Shown: positions 16,990 to 30,634, counted from the first letter of the stretch. The stretch is 64,000 nucleotides of DNA from the human T2T-CHM13v2.0 reference genome, Homo sapiens (GCF_009914755.1 NC_060930.1), one strand, 5' to 3'. Notes: generated by a model not told the origin, from the sequence alone. Translations and numbers: made by a program.

Positions 16990-17640
16990 GACTACCTGGA
17001 CTGTTCTCGTCATTCCCTCCTTAGTTTTCTCTGTGCTTTACTATGTCACTTGGCACTCCTATACAATAAAGTGACTTCCCCTGTTTTTAAACTTTGGATA
17101 AATGGATCACAGCATATGATCTTTTGTGTCAGCTTCTCCCACTCAGCATTAGGTTTGAGCAATGCATCTGTGTTATTGCCTGTAGCTGTAGTTTGTAATT
17201 TGCATTGCTGTATGGTATTCCACTGTATGGATATGCCAACATTTTTCCATCCTATTAATAATGTTCACAGACAATTGTGTTGTTTCCAGTACTAGCCCAT
17301 TATGAATAATAATGCTACGTAGATCTTTATCTGTTTCTGTTGTGTTTATGTGGAATTGCTGGATGATAGGTTTCCCTCCATCCCTCCCTGCCTTCCTGCC
17401 TTCCTTGTTTCTTTGTGTTGCCCAGGCTGCCTCAAGGGATTCTCTTGCCTCAGCCTCCTGAGTAGCTGGGACTACAGGCTCACAGAACCTTGCCTGCTTT
17501 GTTTTCAGCTTTAACAGAAAATACCAAACTGTTTCCAAAGTGGTCGTATCAATCGATATTCTCATCAACAAGGTATAATAGCTCCCATTGCTTCTGACAA
17601 TGTTTAGTATTTTTTTTAAATGTTGACCATTTTGTACTAG
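16990..17640 (-). mobile_element. Old L1 (L1ME-like) fragment containing a monomeric Alu-like piece (~17370-17500)
   Basis: gctgtatggtattccactgtatggatatgcc; gcctcagcctcctgagtagctgggactacagg. Confidence 0.6.
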
Positions 17641-19107
17641 GAATAACATTAGTGTGTCACCACCCCTCTAAAACATTTATGGGTTTTTCTTCTCCTTTAT
17701 TTGTATATGAAGATACTGAAGTGAATATGGTAACTTGGAGTTTCAAGTTGACTGCTAATAACATCAGTAGAGGTATAGAATAGTAATATCAATAATATTT
17801 ATAATAATATCCATAGTTTTTATTTGAAATATGGCAGCTAAGGGAAGATTGGTAGTCTTAGAAGATTACAGCAATAAAATCCAAGATGTAAACAGAGTCA
17901 CTCCATACTGCATTTTAAAGTAACAGAGAAATGAGCTGACTGATCCAGGGGATACATCGACACGCCACTAGGAGGGCAGCTGGTACCAACCTCATCCTTT
18001 CACAGGGGTGTGTGTCCCCAGAGCATGCTCTGAGCGTTGTGGCAGCACTGAGCACAAATTGCTGAATTGCCCAGCTGGGACCAGTCAGGACCACTGCAGA
18101 GGAGGGAGACCATCTGGGGAGCCTGTCAGCCTGCAGCTCATTAGTATGGCACATCTGGCAGCATCTGTTCCTCCAGGAAGCAGCAACAGCCATGTGCTCC
18201 GAAAGCAAGGGGCATGAGCAGGCCTCTTCAGCAGAAATAGCCACAGCCTCCTCACATGCCCACTTCCCTCTCTGCCCACTGAAACCCCTGAGCTTCCCTA
18301 CTTCACCCTCCTCTTGCCAATATGCTCAACCTCCTTGCCGTTTGTCCTTTTAATGCATTGCCCTGGCCAAAGCCCAGCTTTGGATGAACTCAACTGTTTA
18401 CTTACTCTGCATCAATCGCCCAGCTATTGAGCATGGCTGGCAAAACCACACACCCTGCAGATGGTGCCACTGCAACCTCAGGGCCACCAATGCCATCTAG
18501 ACCCTTGTTACTGTCAGGCAGCCTTCTGTAGTTCCCTGGCCAGCTCACCCTCCTCTTCTCCTATTTTTCTAATTAAAATGAGAGTAGATTATCTTCTGCA
18601 ATGCTACATTGAATGGGGCCTAGTCTAGAAACAGCAGGCTGTTGCAGTTTATACACAGCGGATGTTTCAAACTTTCCCCATGTTTTTCAATGTCTCTGGT
18701 TTTATTTGCTGTCTTTCTTCTGAGCCCCAATCTTAAACCCTGCTGTTAACCTCAGTAGGCAGTCTCCCCACCTGCTCCACAAAGAAAGCAGGCGCCCTCT
18801 GAAATGAACTTCCTCAACTTCCCTCCTCCACATCTGCAGATTGACTTCACATTTCAACTCATCCCTTTTTCCTTCCCTCATCCTTGTAACAATAAGGAAA
18901 ATGTGTCCTCTCATGCCCAAGTGAATCCCTCCACCTGTCACCTGCCACTGAATGCCATCCTGTCTTGCCTTCTATGGGACTTTTCTCCATATATGACCTC
19001 TCTCCTGACTTGCTCCCAGCAGTCACCCCTTTCCTTTAAGACCCTGAAGTCAGGTTTTCCCCTAGCTGACTGAGTCCTTCAGCTCACACGGCCTTCATCC
19101 AGGCAGG

Positions 19108-19468
19108 GCAGGAGGATTGAATTGTGTACCCCCAAATTCATATGTTAAATTCCTAACCCCCAGTATCTCAGAATGGGACCTTATTTGGAAATAAAGTCAT
19201 TGCAGATGTAATTAGTTAAGATGAGGTCCTACTAGAGCAGGGTGGGCCCCTCATCCAACTGGACTGATGTCCTTATAAAGAGGAGCAATACGGAGAGGAA
19301 AGCTGATATGAAGAAACATGGGCAGATTCTTTCCTTACAGCCCTCTCAAGCCACCAACCCTACCGACCCGTTGGTCTCTCCCAGCCTCCCGAGCTGTGAA
19401 ACGATCGATTTCTGTTTAAGCCCTGCAGTCTGTGGTGCTTTGTGACAGCATCCCTGGGAAACTGCATT
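19108..19468 (+). mobile_element. MLT1B-like MaLR solo LTR
   Basis: ttgaattgtgtacccccaaattcatatgtt...ttatttggaaataaagtcattgcagatgtaattagttaagatgagg. Confidence 0.8.
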
Positions 19469-19634
19469 AGAATTCTGCTTACTGACTTTTCCATCTTATG
19501 CAAGTTAGTTTGTTTCCCTCTCTAAGCTTCAATCTCTTCATCAAGAAAAGGAGATACAGGAGCACTTACCTCATGAGATGTTTGTGAATATTAAATAAAA
19601 AGAAGGAAGTAACATGTTAATCACAGTGCCTGGC

Positions 19635-19731
19635 TGTATTAGTTTGCTAGAGCTGCCATAATAAAATATTACAGACTGGGTCGGGTGCAGTGGCTCACGC
19701 CTGTAATCCTAGCACTTTGGGTCGGGCGCAG
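19635..19731. mobile_element. Chimeric junction: ~45-bp MLT1 end (-) fused to an Alu 5' stub (+)
   Basis: tgtattagtttgctagagctgccataataaaatattacagactg followed by ggtcgggtgcagtggctcacgcctgtaatcctagcactttgg. Confidence 0.7.
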
Positions 19732-20248
19732 AAGAAATTCCAGTTCCTCCGTTTTCACTGGTGACAGTCTGGTGCTTGCTTTCTCTCCCTCACCAACCGG
19801 GCTCTTCCCAACATCCCTTGCTCTAAATCCTTTTTCCTAAACCCAGTGGCCCACTTTGAGTCTGACTTTACTTGACATCTCTGCAAGATTTCACACCATT
19901 GACCACGTTTCCCCTTTTAAATGATGCTCTTTCCTTGGTGCTAGTCTGTCTGGGTGTTTCTCTTCACCTCCCATCATGGCACTGAGCCTCCAGTTCTGTC
20001 CTCAGCCTCCTCTACTTTCACCACCTGCAGCCACAACTTCAGTTTCCACCTACAGCTTCAGGACTCCTGAACCTGTCTCTCCAGCCCAAGCATTCTCTCC
20101 AGCTGGCCCTGGACAGCTCCCCGTGATGCCCCTCTCCCACCCTGTGCTCCACCTCTCCAAAAGACACACCCCATCTGTTAATCCAAATGGATATTTTCAG
20201 CTTTGGTCTCCTCTCAGTGAATGGCACCACCACCCACACTAGATGCTG

Positions 20249-20329
20249 GGCCTCATCCTAATGGTTTCCATTGTCCATCTTCCCCATGGCCTCATCCTAA
20301 TGGTTTCCATTGTCTATCTTCCCCATGGC
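20249..20329. repeat. 39-bp tandem duplication (2 copies, 1 mismatch)
   Basis: ggcctcatcctaatggtttccattgtc(c/t)atcttccccat x2. Confidence 0.95.
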
Positions 20330-21015
20330 TTTCAAGATGTCCTCTCGACGATGCCTCCTGCAGTGCTCTTGTACCTCTCCATTCCTCTCTGTCCCTACTG
20401 CTGTCATGTTCAGGCCACTTCCATTCTCATCTGGATTACTGCATTGGCCCTTGAGACTTGGCTCATCTCTCTATAACCCTTTCTTCATGCTGTAGCCAGA
20501 GCTGATGTCTCTAAAATGTCAACTGTGTCATGTGAGTTCCCAATCTCTAAACTTTTTAGTCAGCTAATGAAATTTTAATATTATGGAATTACTATGGAAA
20601 TGTTTTAAGTTTGATAATGGTATTATAATTTTATATTATATATATTATATATATATATATATATTTTTAAAGAGTCTTTGTCTTTTGAAGATTCATACTG
20701 AGTATTTGCAGGCCAATAACCCAGTGGGGTGGGGAAAGTGGGGAGACGTAAAACAAGGTTTTCCATGTGCTGAGAATTATTGAAGCTAGGTAATTGATAC
20801 TACTCTTTCTACTTTTGAAACATTCTACAATAAAATGTTTTTAAAAGAAAATCCCTAAACCCAAGCAAAACAAAAAGTACTGCAATGTCTTTCTTATTGT
20901 TCTTAAGACAATGTCCAAAATTCTTAAGGTGACTCATAAGGCCATGCATGGTCTGGCCTCTGTCTACCTGTTTTTCAAGTGCAGGACCCCTAGGACTTAT
21001 TGAAGGTTTGTGAAG

Positions 21016-21592
21016 TGGATGGATGGATAGATGGATTAGTGGGTAGATAGATGGATGGGTAGATGAATGGATGGGTAGATGAATGGATGGATGAATAGAT
21101 GGATGGTTGGTGGATGGGTAGATAGATGAATATCTAGATGGGTGGATGGATCAATGGGTAGATATATGATGGATGGATGGATGGATAAATGAATAGATAG
21201 ATGGTGGGTGGATGGATGGATGGATGAATAGAAAATTGGGTGGATTGTTGAATGGATGGGTGGATTAATGAACGGATGGATGGGTGGATAGATAGTGGAT
21301 GGATGGCTGAGTAGATGGATGGTGGATGGGTGGATGGATAGGTGAAGGGGTGGATGGATGGATAGATGAATAGATGGATGGGTGGGTGGGTGGATGAATG
21401 GAATGATGGATGGATGGATATATGAGTGGGTAGATAGATGGATGGATGGCAGATGAATGAATAGATGGATGGGTGGATGGATAGGTGAATGGGTGGATGG
21501 ATGGATAGATGGGTGGATAGATGAATAGATGGATGGGTGGGTGGGTGAATGGAAGGATGGATGGATGGATGAGTGGATGGATGGATGGGTGG
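21016..21592. repeat. Degenerate (GGAT/GGGT/GAAT)n tetranucleotide repeat
   Basis: Read directly; source of the HPSI-rich pseudo-ORF. Confidence 0.95.
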
Positions 21593-24500
21593 AAAGAGAA
21601 TAGGAAAGGATCCTATGTTCCTACCCTCACTCTGCAAGTAACTTTCTTTGAGACCTTTGACCTCTCACTCTCTTTGGATCTCAGTTTCCTCATTTGCGAC
21701 GGGAAGAGTAAACAAGCTCATTTTTTAGGAGAAAGGTGCCAATTTTAATTCTTTTATTATTTTGGAAGTCACGGTAATATTTGTTTTTAAAAATTGTTTC
21801 ATTGTTAAAAAATAAAAAATTTACATCTTCTGGATTAGGTGACATTTCAGATCCTTCCCAACTGCAATAGACTGTGATTATAGGGAGGTTTTACAAGTTA
21901 AAACATATGGATTTGGAGAACACACAGCACAGATTTTTCTCAAAAATCCTGATTTAATAAAATTTATTTTTTTCTAGTAAAGGAACTTGTTATAGGACTT
22001 ACTAACACAATTCAATTTGTAAGCCTTTTAAAGACACCCTTATAAAACATTCGCAAATTAGAAAAGCAGGCTTTTCTTGGACCATATGTTGAGATTTGGG
22101 GTTTAGAAGTATGCTCACTGTCCACATGGTGCAAGCAAGCACTCTACATAAACAGGACCTTTGGATGAGGAGATCCTTGTGGATTATAACTGTGGCTGCT
22201 CCATCTTTGTTACCCCAGCTCAGCACCTGGTGCATAGTAAGTGCTCAGTAAAATTTGGCTTTAAATGAGGACGTAGGATGAAGAAGACTCTCAGTGGGGC
22301 TCTGTTAGAATTTTCAGTGATAGGAAAGGAAAATAACTTCCTTCCAAAGAAAGGAGTGGGTGGGGAGAAAGCTAGAAATATGGATGAAGGAAGGCGTACT
22401 CTTGGACCAAGCATGGGTAAAAATGGCAGGTCTTCTGCCTGTAGGGTGTTTCTCTCTATAGATTGAAATAAGCATGATTGAGCAAGGCAGCTTTTATGCC
22501 CCCTCAAAACAGCCTAGGTTCCTGATTTCCTGGCTAATCCACTTCATTTCCTACACTGAGGCTTGTGGACCATCCAGTCTATGTTTTTTCTTATCTCTCT
22601 TTGGATGTTTCTCTAGTCTGATATCTGACCCAGGTTTTCCAAACTTCTGTAACTCCCATTCAACCATGTGCAGCTGGCAGCACATGATGGTATTCACAGC
22701 AGGAAGAACTGTGGCCTGCAAGTCAGGAGACCTGGGCTCGACTCTCAGGTGTGCAACTTCAGGCAGTTCAGCCATTCCTGAGTCTCAGTTTCCTCAGGCA
22801 TCAAATAAAGAGATCAGACAAAAATGCATCCTCAGTTTTGTATCTTATTTAGGTTATAACCTGGATATATAATTAGTGGGATACCAGAAAAGGCCTTTAT
22901 CAGTTATGAATATTATAAATTGAGTGAAGCTCTCTGGTTAGCTTGTCGCCAAATGAGTAGTGTCCTAGGGGAATGGAGACTGATCTAGCTCTGTCTCCCT
23001 GATGGTTCTGCCTTAGGGTAATTCTGGGCCCAGGATCAATGCAGCCAACAGAACTACTTCCTGGGCTGCTAACAGTATCTGAAGCAGAGGTCTGTAGAAA
23101 CTACAGAATCACTGACTTGTCTTCCTTAGCAACTTTATTTCCTCAGGCTGTGGAGCCCTACCAAGATTTTGCTTGACAGTTAATGAGGGAGTCCTTCTAC
23201 CACGTTGGGATTCACACAGTTTATTTTGGTAGGTAACTAAGGCAGACAGAGATCATTAAACCCTTCATAAAACAGCCCATCAGCCACCTGCTTGCAGAGC
23301 AAAAGGCTGCTCTTTGGCAGGAAAGACTGTGTTCTTCAGCCCACTCTTGGGTCCCATGCAAGATTCTAATGAGGTTGCCTGTGAAAACTTTTTGGTTATG
23401 ATATATTTCTTTCCATTTGTATAAAAGCAACCAATAAATACCAGTGATCTTGTCAGGCCATGCCAAAGAAGAATTTGTTGGGGATTTAATATCCCAATGC
23501 ATTGGACATACTTGAATTTGGCTGAACAGCCAAATTGGGTGGTTTGGCTCAATTTAACCAGTTTAAATGTTGTTGGTGTATAGCTTTGCAAATGACTTTG
23601 GTTCTTACTGAATGATCACTGGAGGGGATTGGCTTATAAATGAATTCAAAATCCTCAGGTGTGTTTTAAAGATCTACAAAACAAGTCTCTCCTTTGTTGT
23701 AAATGGGCAAGACTCAATAAAGAGAGTGAGATGAAAAGAGCTATTAGTTCATCTGTTAGGGCATCCAAATATGCACCCAGAAGGCATAGCAACAAATAAT
23801 TCATGCTTTAACATGTTCTACAAACAGCAAGGTATTCCAAACTACTGCCAACCACCTGACCAGGAAAAAGGGCATGGTGGTGATCATGAAATAATTGAGG
23901 GTAAAAGGCAGGGTTATAAGTCCTTTAAACCCTTTTGAGCTTAGGTAATGTCTTGCTGGGCACGTGGCTCTGATTCTTTCTCTGGTCTTTGCCAGCAGAT
24001 TTTTAGGAATCTCCTGGCAGAAGAGCATTGTTTGTGGCACCTTCCACTTCTGCAGCACTCTTGGATGCTGACTATTTACAAGGACTTTCAACTGCCTCCT
24101 TCACCCATCTGGTATTAATTTTTATTTCTTCGTTATTGAGTCTCTGATTCATCTCTACGCAGACCTTTGAGTTTCCTGAAGGCTTTGCTTCCCCAGACAG
24201 GGTGCCCCACCCAAGTAAGTTCACTTGCTGTTTGCTTTGAGGAAAGTCAGGATCTAGAGTTCCCCAGCTCAGAGAACAAGACTATGACTCACTTTATCAT
24301 CAAAGTCAGGATGGAGAGGATTTCCTTCATCTCCCTTTACTCTCACTCCCACGTCTGATCGTCTCATGGGTAATGGGGTCTTGGCATTTCTAGCTTGTAG
24401 GATCTCCCAGCTCCCTTCATTCTGTCCTGTGTCTCCATCTCAGTTGCCTCTGTCTTAGCTCACAGTCTCTCTCCTGGACTGTTGCAATTGTCTTCATATT

Positions 24501-25103
24501 GTATCCTAAAGGCAATGGGGTAGGCTTGGAAATGCTTTCAGTGGGAATTAACTCGATCACATTTTCTTGCATAAGAATCACACTGAAAATAGTCACTAAT
24601 TCATTGAAGGGGCAGTTGAAATGGAGGTGGAGAGAAATCCATTATAAAGCTATACTCCAGTTGAGAATTATAAGGAAGGTTCGGATTAAGCTGGAGACAG
24701 GGACAGTGAAGAGGAGAGGAAATGGATATTTAGCAAGGAGAACCGAAAGAGCATAGTAACTGATTTGAATTACAAGGTGGGAGACGGAGCCGTTGGTAAT
24801 AAATGTCTCCTGGATAAAACCTCTGGAGACTGCATGGATGCTAGTATCATTCTGAGAAAGAAGAAATTAAGAATTAAGTCTACGGGGGAAATGGTGAATT
24901 TGAATGCGGCATGTTAAGTTCCAGTTTCATGTGGAGACTATCCAATGGGGAGAGAATCTGTAAGCAGTTATATATCCCAAGTCTGAGATTCAGAGAGAGA
25001 GAATGTTGAAGACAGAGATTTTATAGTCATGAGCCTAGAGCTGGCAGTTAAAGCAAGAGAGCTTATAACATCTGCCAGACAGAGCTTGTTAAATGAGATA
25101 GGG

Positions 25104-25393
25104 GGCCAGGCACGGTGACTCACACTTGTAATCCCAGCACTCTGAGAGGCCGAGGCGGGCAGATCACCTCAGGTCAGGAGTTTGAGACCAGCCTGGCCAA
25201 CATGGTGAAACCCCATCTCTACTAAAAATACAAAAATTAGCTGGGTATGGGGGTGCGGGCCTGTGATCCCAGCTACTCGGGAGGCTGAGGAAGGAGAATT
25301 GCTTGAAACTGGGAGGTGGAGGTAGCAGTGAGTACTCCAGCCTGGGCTATAGGGTGAGGCTCCGTCTCAAAAAAATAAATTAAAAAAAAAAAA
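25104..25393 (+). mobile_element. AluS with ~17-bp right-arm deletion
   Basis: gcagtgag|tactccagcc lacks ccgagatcgcgccactg. Confidence 0.92.
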
Positions 25394-25727
25394 GATAGAT
25401 AGGAAGATGGTAGGATCCTGGGGACTATCACTCCTAGAGGGCCGCACAGAGAAGAGAGGCCTGAAGGAGAGATTCAGGATGGTGCGTTATTACACAAAGA
25501 ACAGAGGAAAGAACTTGACAATTAGATTATGCAGATTCTTGAGATCAGTTTCAAGAAAATGATGGGGACAGGCGCCAACTGCCGCTGGGTTGACTTGTGA
25601 ATGAGAGATGAGAAACTGCAGACAGTCTAGACTTCTCTTTCTAGAAACTTGGCTGTAAAGAAAAGATGATAAACGGGAAATGGGTGACAGCATGCGTGGC
25701 CAGTGCACCCGAGAACAGGAAGGCACA

Positions 25728-26270
25728 CGTGATAGTTAATTCTATGCGTCCACCTGACTAGGCCACAGGATGTCCAGACATTTGGGCAAACATTATTCTG
25801 GGTGTTCTGAGGGTGTTTTGAAATGAGATTAACGTGTAAATCAGTAAATTGAGTAAAGCAGGTGGCCCTCCCGATGCAGGTGGGCCTTGTTCAATCAGTT
25901 GAAGGCCTGAATAGAACAAAAAGGTGGACCTTCCCCTGAGCAAGAGAGAAATCCTCCTGCTTGGTCGTCTTTGAACTAGAACATTGGCTTTTTCTCACCT
26001 TTGGACTTAAATGGAGATATCAGATCTTCCTGGGTCTCAAACCTGCTGGCCTTTGTGCTAGAGCTATGTGATCCGCTCTCCTGGGTTCCAGAGCCTCAGA
26101 CGCAGACAGGAACCACACCATCAGCTCTCTTGGGTCCCCAGTTTGCCAACTCATTCTGCAGATCTTGGGACCTGCCTGCCTCCATGATCACATGAGCCAA
26201 GTTCTTACAAGAAATCACTTTCTAAATATATATGTGTATCTTATTGGTTCTGAGAACCCTGAGTAATGCA
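25728..26270 (+). mobile_element. MLT2-type ERVL solo LTR
   Basis: gtgatagttaattctatgcgtccacctgact...gaaccctgagtaatgca; perfect TSD GCACA at 25723-25727 and 26271-26275. Confidence 0.88.
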
Positions 26271-27264
26271 GCACAAAATGGAAAAGAAAAGAGAAAAATA
26301 GAAAAGAAGGAAGGAAGGAGGGGTGAGAGGAAGGTGTGGAGCGGGGGATGAGAAACACAGCCTCTGTGCTTTGCAAGTGTGGGGAGACGGCGGGTCACTG
26401 CATCATTGTCTGTGATCGCTGACGGCGTTGATGACTCACTCATGTTACATAATTAGAATTCACCTTCAGACTTTGCTGTCTTACCATTTCGTCTCATAGA
26501 AACAAGGCTTCCTAGCTTGGCTTGTTTTCTTGTTACTCAGGGGCTGTTGCTAGCATAAGGTCATACTTAGAAAGCTGAACCCTCAATAAGATTACTCAGA
26601 GACTTGGCAGCTTTTTCCCTGGCCATTTTGTCTTTAAGTTAAAAAAAAACAACAGAAAACAGCTCACTCTTCTAAAATGACATTACACATCACTTTGAAA
26701 TATGTCCTGTAGGCCAGCCCTGAAATGTATGGTCTTTCTGGACATTCATTGGAGAGAAGCTCTGTTTTTAAAAATGTAAAAAAAAAAAATTGTTTTACTC
26801 TAAAAGAGCGTCTCTGATAACCCAGTTTTTAGGAAACTATTGGCTGAAAAGAAACAACAGGAGAGGTGAGAATTTGTCCAGTTTATACCTAATTCATTTC
26901 TGCCATTATCCCATTCTGGGATAACTTCAGAAACCACGAGGGCCATTTAACCAAGAGATTTATTGGGCCTTAGAGTTCATTATGTTTCTGCCTTGTTTTT
27001 ATAATGCTTTTGTTATAATATTAAAGTGACAAAGATAAACAACTTTATTTGTGGTTGTGCAGATGCCATGTGGAATATCTGCTCGGCTTGAAAAGATTCC
27101 CCTGGCTCTTCTGCCCACTCAGAACAGCGGGACCCACATTTCAGCTTGGACAACATGACCAAGCTCTGCTGTTCACAGCTGCCTGGCCCAGGCTGGGTGC
27201 CTGGCCCCAAGTTCAGGGCCAACGCCCTTTTCTGGGAATGGGGAATCAAAGCAGAAAAGCATCC

Positions 27265-27845
27265 TGTGCACTCACACTCTCACACACCCACACACTCACA
27301 TGCACACTCACATGCACACTAACATACACACAAGTCTCACACTCACACACACTCATGCACCCTCACATACAGTCACACATGCACACTCACACACTAACAT
27401 GTACACACACACTGGTACACACTCACACTAACAAGCAAATAATCACACACTCATGCACACACACACTAACATGCACACTCACACTAACATGCGGACACAC
27501 ACTAACATGCGGACACACACACTAATATGCACTCACACTAACGCACACACTAACCATGCACACTCACACTCACACACACACACACTAACATGCACACTCA
27601 CACATGCCACACACTAACATGCACACATACACAAACATGGACACTCACACAAACATGCACACACAAACATGCACACTCACACACTAACATGCACACACAC
27701 ACTAACATGCACACTAACATGCACACTCACGCACACTAACATGCACACTCACACACTGGTGCACACTTGCACTAACAAGCAAATACACTCACGCACTCAT
27801 GCACACTCACACACTCATACACACTAACATGCACACATGCACACA
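27265..27845. repeat. Complex (CA)n-derived repeat of cacactaacatg-like units
   Basis: Read directly. Confidence 0.92.
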
Positions 27846-28399
27846 AAGTCTGTCTCCAACTGTGAATTTGGTCACTATGAGCTTCCACCTTTACCTGTTG
27901 TGAGGATTGAATAGAAGAGAGGAAAAAAATATTTCAAGAAAGAAGATCCAAATAGAAGCAGCAATGGGTGACAGGCCCTGTATCCTTGGCTGTCCTGTGG
28001 TCTCCCAGCTCCTGGATGCTGTCCCTCCTGGGAGCACGGCTGCACTCCTGCCTACTGTACCATGAGATGTGTCCTTCTTCTTACAGTGACCACGCCCTGC
28101 CGCTCTTTCTCCCCCAGTCCACTGCCAAGCTGAGTTGAACTGTATTTTGTTACTCACAGTCAAAAAAATCCTAATTCATTAGGTTACGATTTTAAAAATA
28201 AAAATATATCTTTCTTGGGTTGTATCATAAAGAATCAGGTTTGAGAATTTTGATGGTTGTGGCTTGGGAAGTGAGAGGGGGAACCTGGTCTTCTAATTAA
28301 ATAACCTTCTATACTCTCTCGCCTTTTTCTTATCCCAGGAAAGCCTCAGGAACTTGTTGCAATAGGGACTGCCAGGTCCCGTTGCACTATTGGTGGAAG

Positions 28400-28960
28400 A
28401 GAGGTCCACACGGTGCCTACGATAAGCGATTTGTTCGTATCTATCCAGACTGCAGGTGCATACAGCCACTCATCCTCAAATGCCATCCTCAGGAGTTTAT
28501 GCTGCACACAGACTGGCACATGTGCAGGAAGACATAGTGCAGGGCTACGTGCTACAACATTGTTGGTGACAGCAACATATTGGAAGCAACCTGAATTTTT
28601 GTTAATAGAGGATTGGCTACATAAATGATGCTAATCTATACAACTGGAGTACTATGATGCCATAAAAAAGAATGTACAAGGTCTTTACGTTTGGAAAGAT
28701 CTCTAAGATATAATGGTGAGTGAAAAGTGTAAGATGCAGAGCACTGTGTTTTACAGGCTGTCATTTGGGGGCTGACAACATCTATTCAAATGTGCTTTCA
28801 TATATATTGAAAGCACTTTGGAAGGAAAAACATCAAATCAGTACCAATGGTTTACTTGTGTGTATGAATGTGTGTATGGCAGGGGTGGGGTGGGGGTAGG
28901 TGGCTTAGGTACAAGACAGGAATAGCAAAGAGACTTTTTAACCATATACCTCTTAAGAGG
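28400..28960 (+). mobile_element. Old L1 (L1ME-like) 3' fragment
   Basis: tggaagcaacctgaat...ggagtactatgatgccataaaaaagaatg. Confidence 0.6.
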
Positions 28961-29002
28961 TTAAAAAAAAAACCTGTTGAAGCATGTGTTGTTAACCATG
29001 AC

Positions 29003-29200
29003 AGAGAGAGAGAGAATGAAGGGAGGGAGATAGGGAATGAAAGAAAAAGAGGGAGGGAAATGGAGGGGCAAAGAAAGGAAGGAAGGAAGAAGGGAGGGAC
29101 AGAAGGAAGGAGGGAGGGAAAGAAGGAAGGAGGGAGGGAAAGAAGGAAGGAGGGAGGGAAAGAAGGAAGGAGGGAGGAAGGAAGGGAGGGAGGGAGGGAA
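29003..29200. repeat. Purine-rich GGAA/GGGA repeat
   Basis: Read directly; includes ~20-bp units agaaggaaggagggagggaa. Confidence 0.9.
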
Positions 29201-29880
29201 TTGGCTCTTTCCTGAAGCTACAGCTTAACAAATAAAAGCGAAGGCCACCAGCAGCGATGGTTTGAGAGGTGAAGGATGACGTAGTCATGACTCCGAGAGC
29301 TGAATTCCCTGCGCATAGTGTGAGTGAAAACCTGTGTGCGTTACATCACAGAAAGCTATTCAAAATGCCGTGAGCCCAGTGAGGTCTGCAGGACAGACAT
29401 ACAATTGCTTGCAAACAAGTAGCAGGACAATGAGCTTTGTTTCGTGTTTATCGGCAGATTTTCTTTGCCTCTCAAGGGAGCTGGGAGAAACTCAAGTCTG
29501 AAACTCAAACTCATCTCAGTCATTCCTTTCCCTTCAACTAGACCTGAACCTCAGGAGATCTGGAGTATGTGCTGAATTCTACTGGGAACTGAGCCCTCTG
29601 AATATTATTATTGTTTTGCTAATACTTTTTGCTGGAAAGTACATCAAACCAGGATGTGTTGTACCTCTTGCTTTGCCAGACTATTTAAAAGCAAAAGTGA
29701 CCAGATATCCAACTTAAGGCTGATCCAGGTTTTTCATGATCTAGCCAGGGGAGACAAACCTTCCAGGAAAGTCTCTAGCGAAGGCCAAGGATTTTAGAAA
29801 GTATCTGTGAACAAAGAAATGCAATGTTAGTGGGCTAATTTCCATAATCAAATGAAGCTGATGCAAGTGCTTTGTGAATT

Positions 29881-30298
29881 GATGCCCATCAACGAGAGAC
29901 TGGATAAAGAAAATGTGGCACATATACGCCATGGAATACTATGTAGCCGTAAAAATGAACAAGTTCATGTCCTTTACAGGGACATGGATGAAGCTGGAAA
30001 TCATCATCCTCAGCCAATTAACCCAGGAACAGAAAACCAAACACCACATGTTCTCACTCATAAGTGGGAGCTGAACAATAAGAACACGTGAACACAGGGA
30101 GGGAAACATCACATAGCAGGGCCTGTTGGTGGGCCGGGGGCAAGGGAAGGGAGAGCATTAGGACAAATATCTAATGCATGCGGGGCTTAAAACCTAGATG
30201 ACGGGTTGATAGGTGCAGCAAACCACCATGGCACACGTATACCTGTGTAACAAACCTGCACATTCTGCACATGTATCCCAGAACTTAAAAAAAAAAAG
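29881..30298 (+). mobile_element. 5'-truncated L1PA7-like
   Basis: 3'UTR ggacaaatatctaatgcatgcggggcttaaaacctagatgacggg; A tail; 16-bp TSD aa(g/a)tgctttgtgaatt at 29865 and 30299. Confidence 0.92.
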
Positions 30299-30634
30299 AA
30301 ATGCTTTGTGAATTAGTCAGGTTCACTGATGGGAGCTTTGGTCCTGGCACCTGAGGACTGAGCTGGGGGAACCCACACCCAGGCTGCCCAAACACACAGA
30401 GGCAGGAGAGGTCAAGGGGCATCTCGTGGGTGTGGAGTTTTGGACACGGTATTGCCATTGTCAGACATGTGGCTAAGCCTGCAAGGATGAGAGAGGAAGG
30501 AGGAAACCAGCTCCTCTCAACCCTGCATCAGCCTGAGTGCTTTCAATCTCTCTCAACCCTTCTCCTCTCTTTTCTCTTTTCTCCTTCCCTCCTTCCCTGA
30601 TGGTTTGCCAGGAAGCACAGAATAATGGAGTTCA

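Noticed and set aside
21134-21637. 167-aa HPSI-rich ORF
   Set aside because: Translation of the (GGAT)n repeat
27265-27845. CRISPR-like repeat-spacer array
   Set aside because: Units are low-complexity CA variants with no unique spacers, in a eukaryotic context
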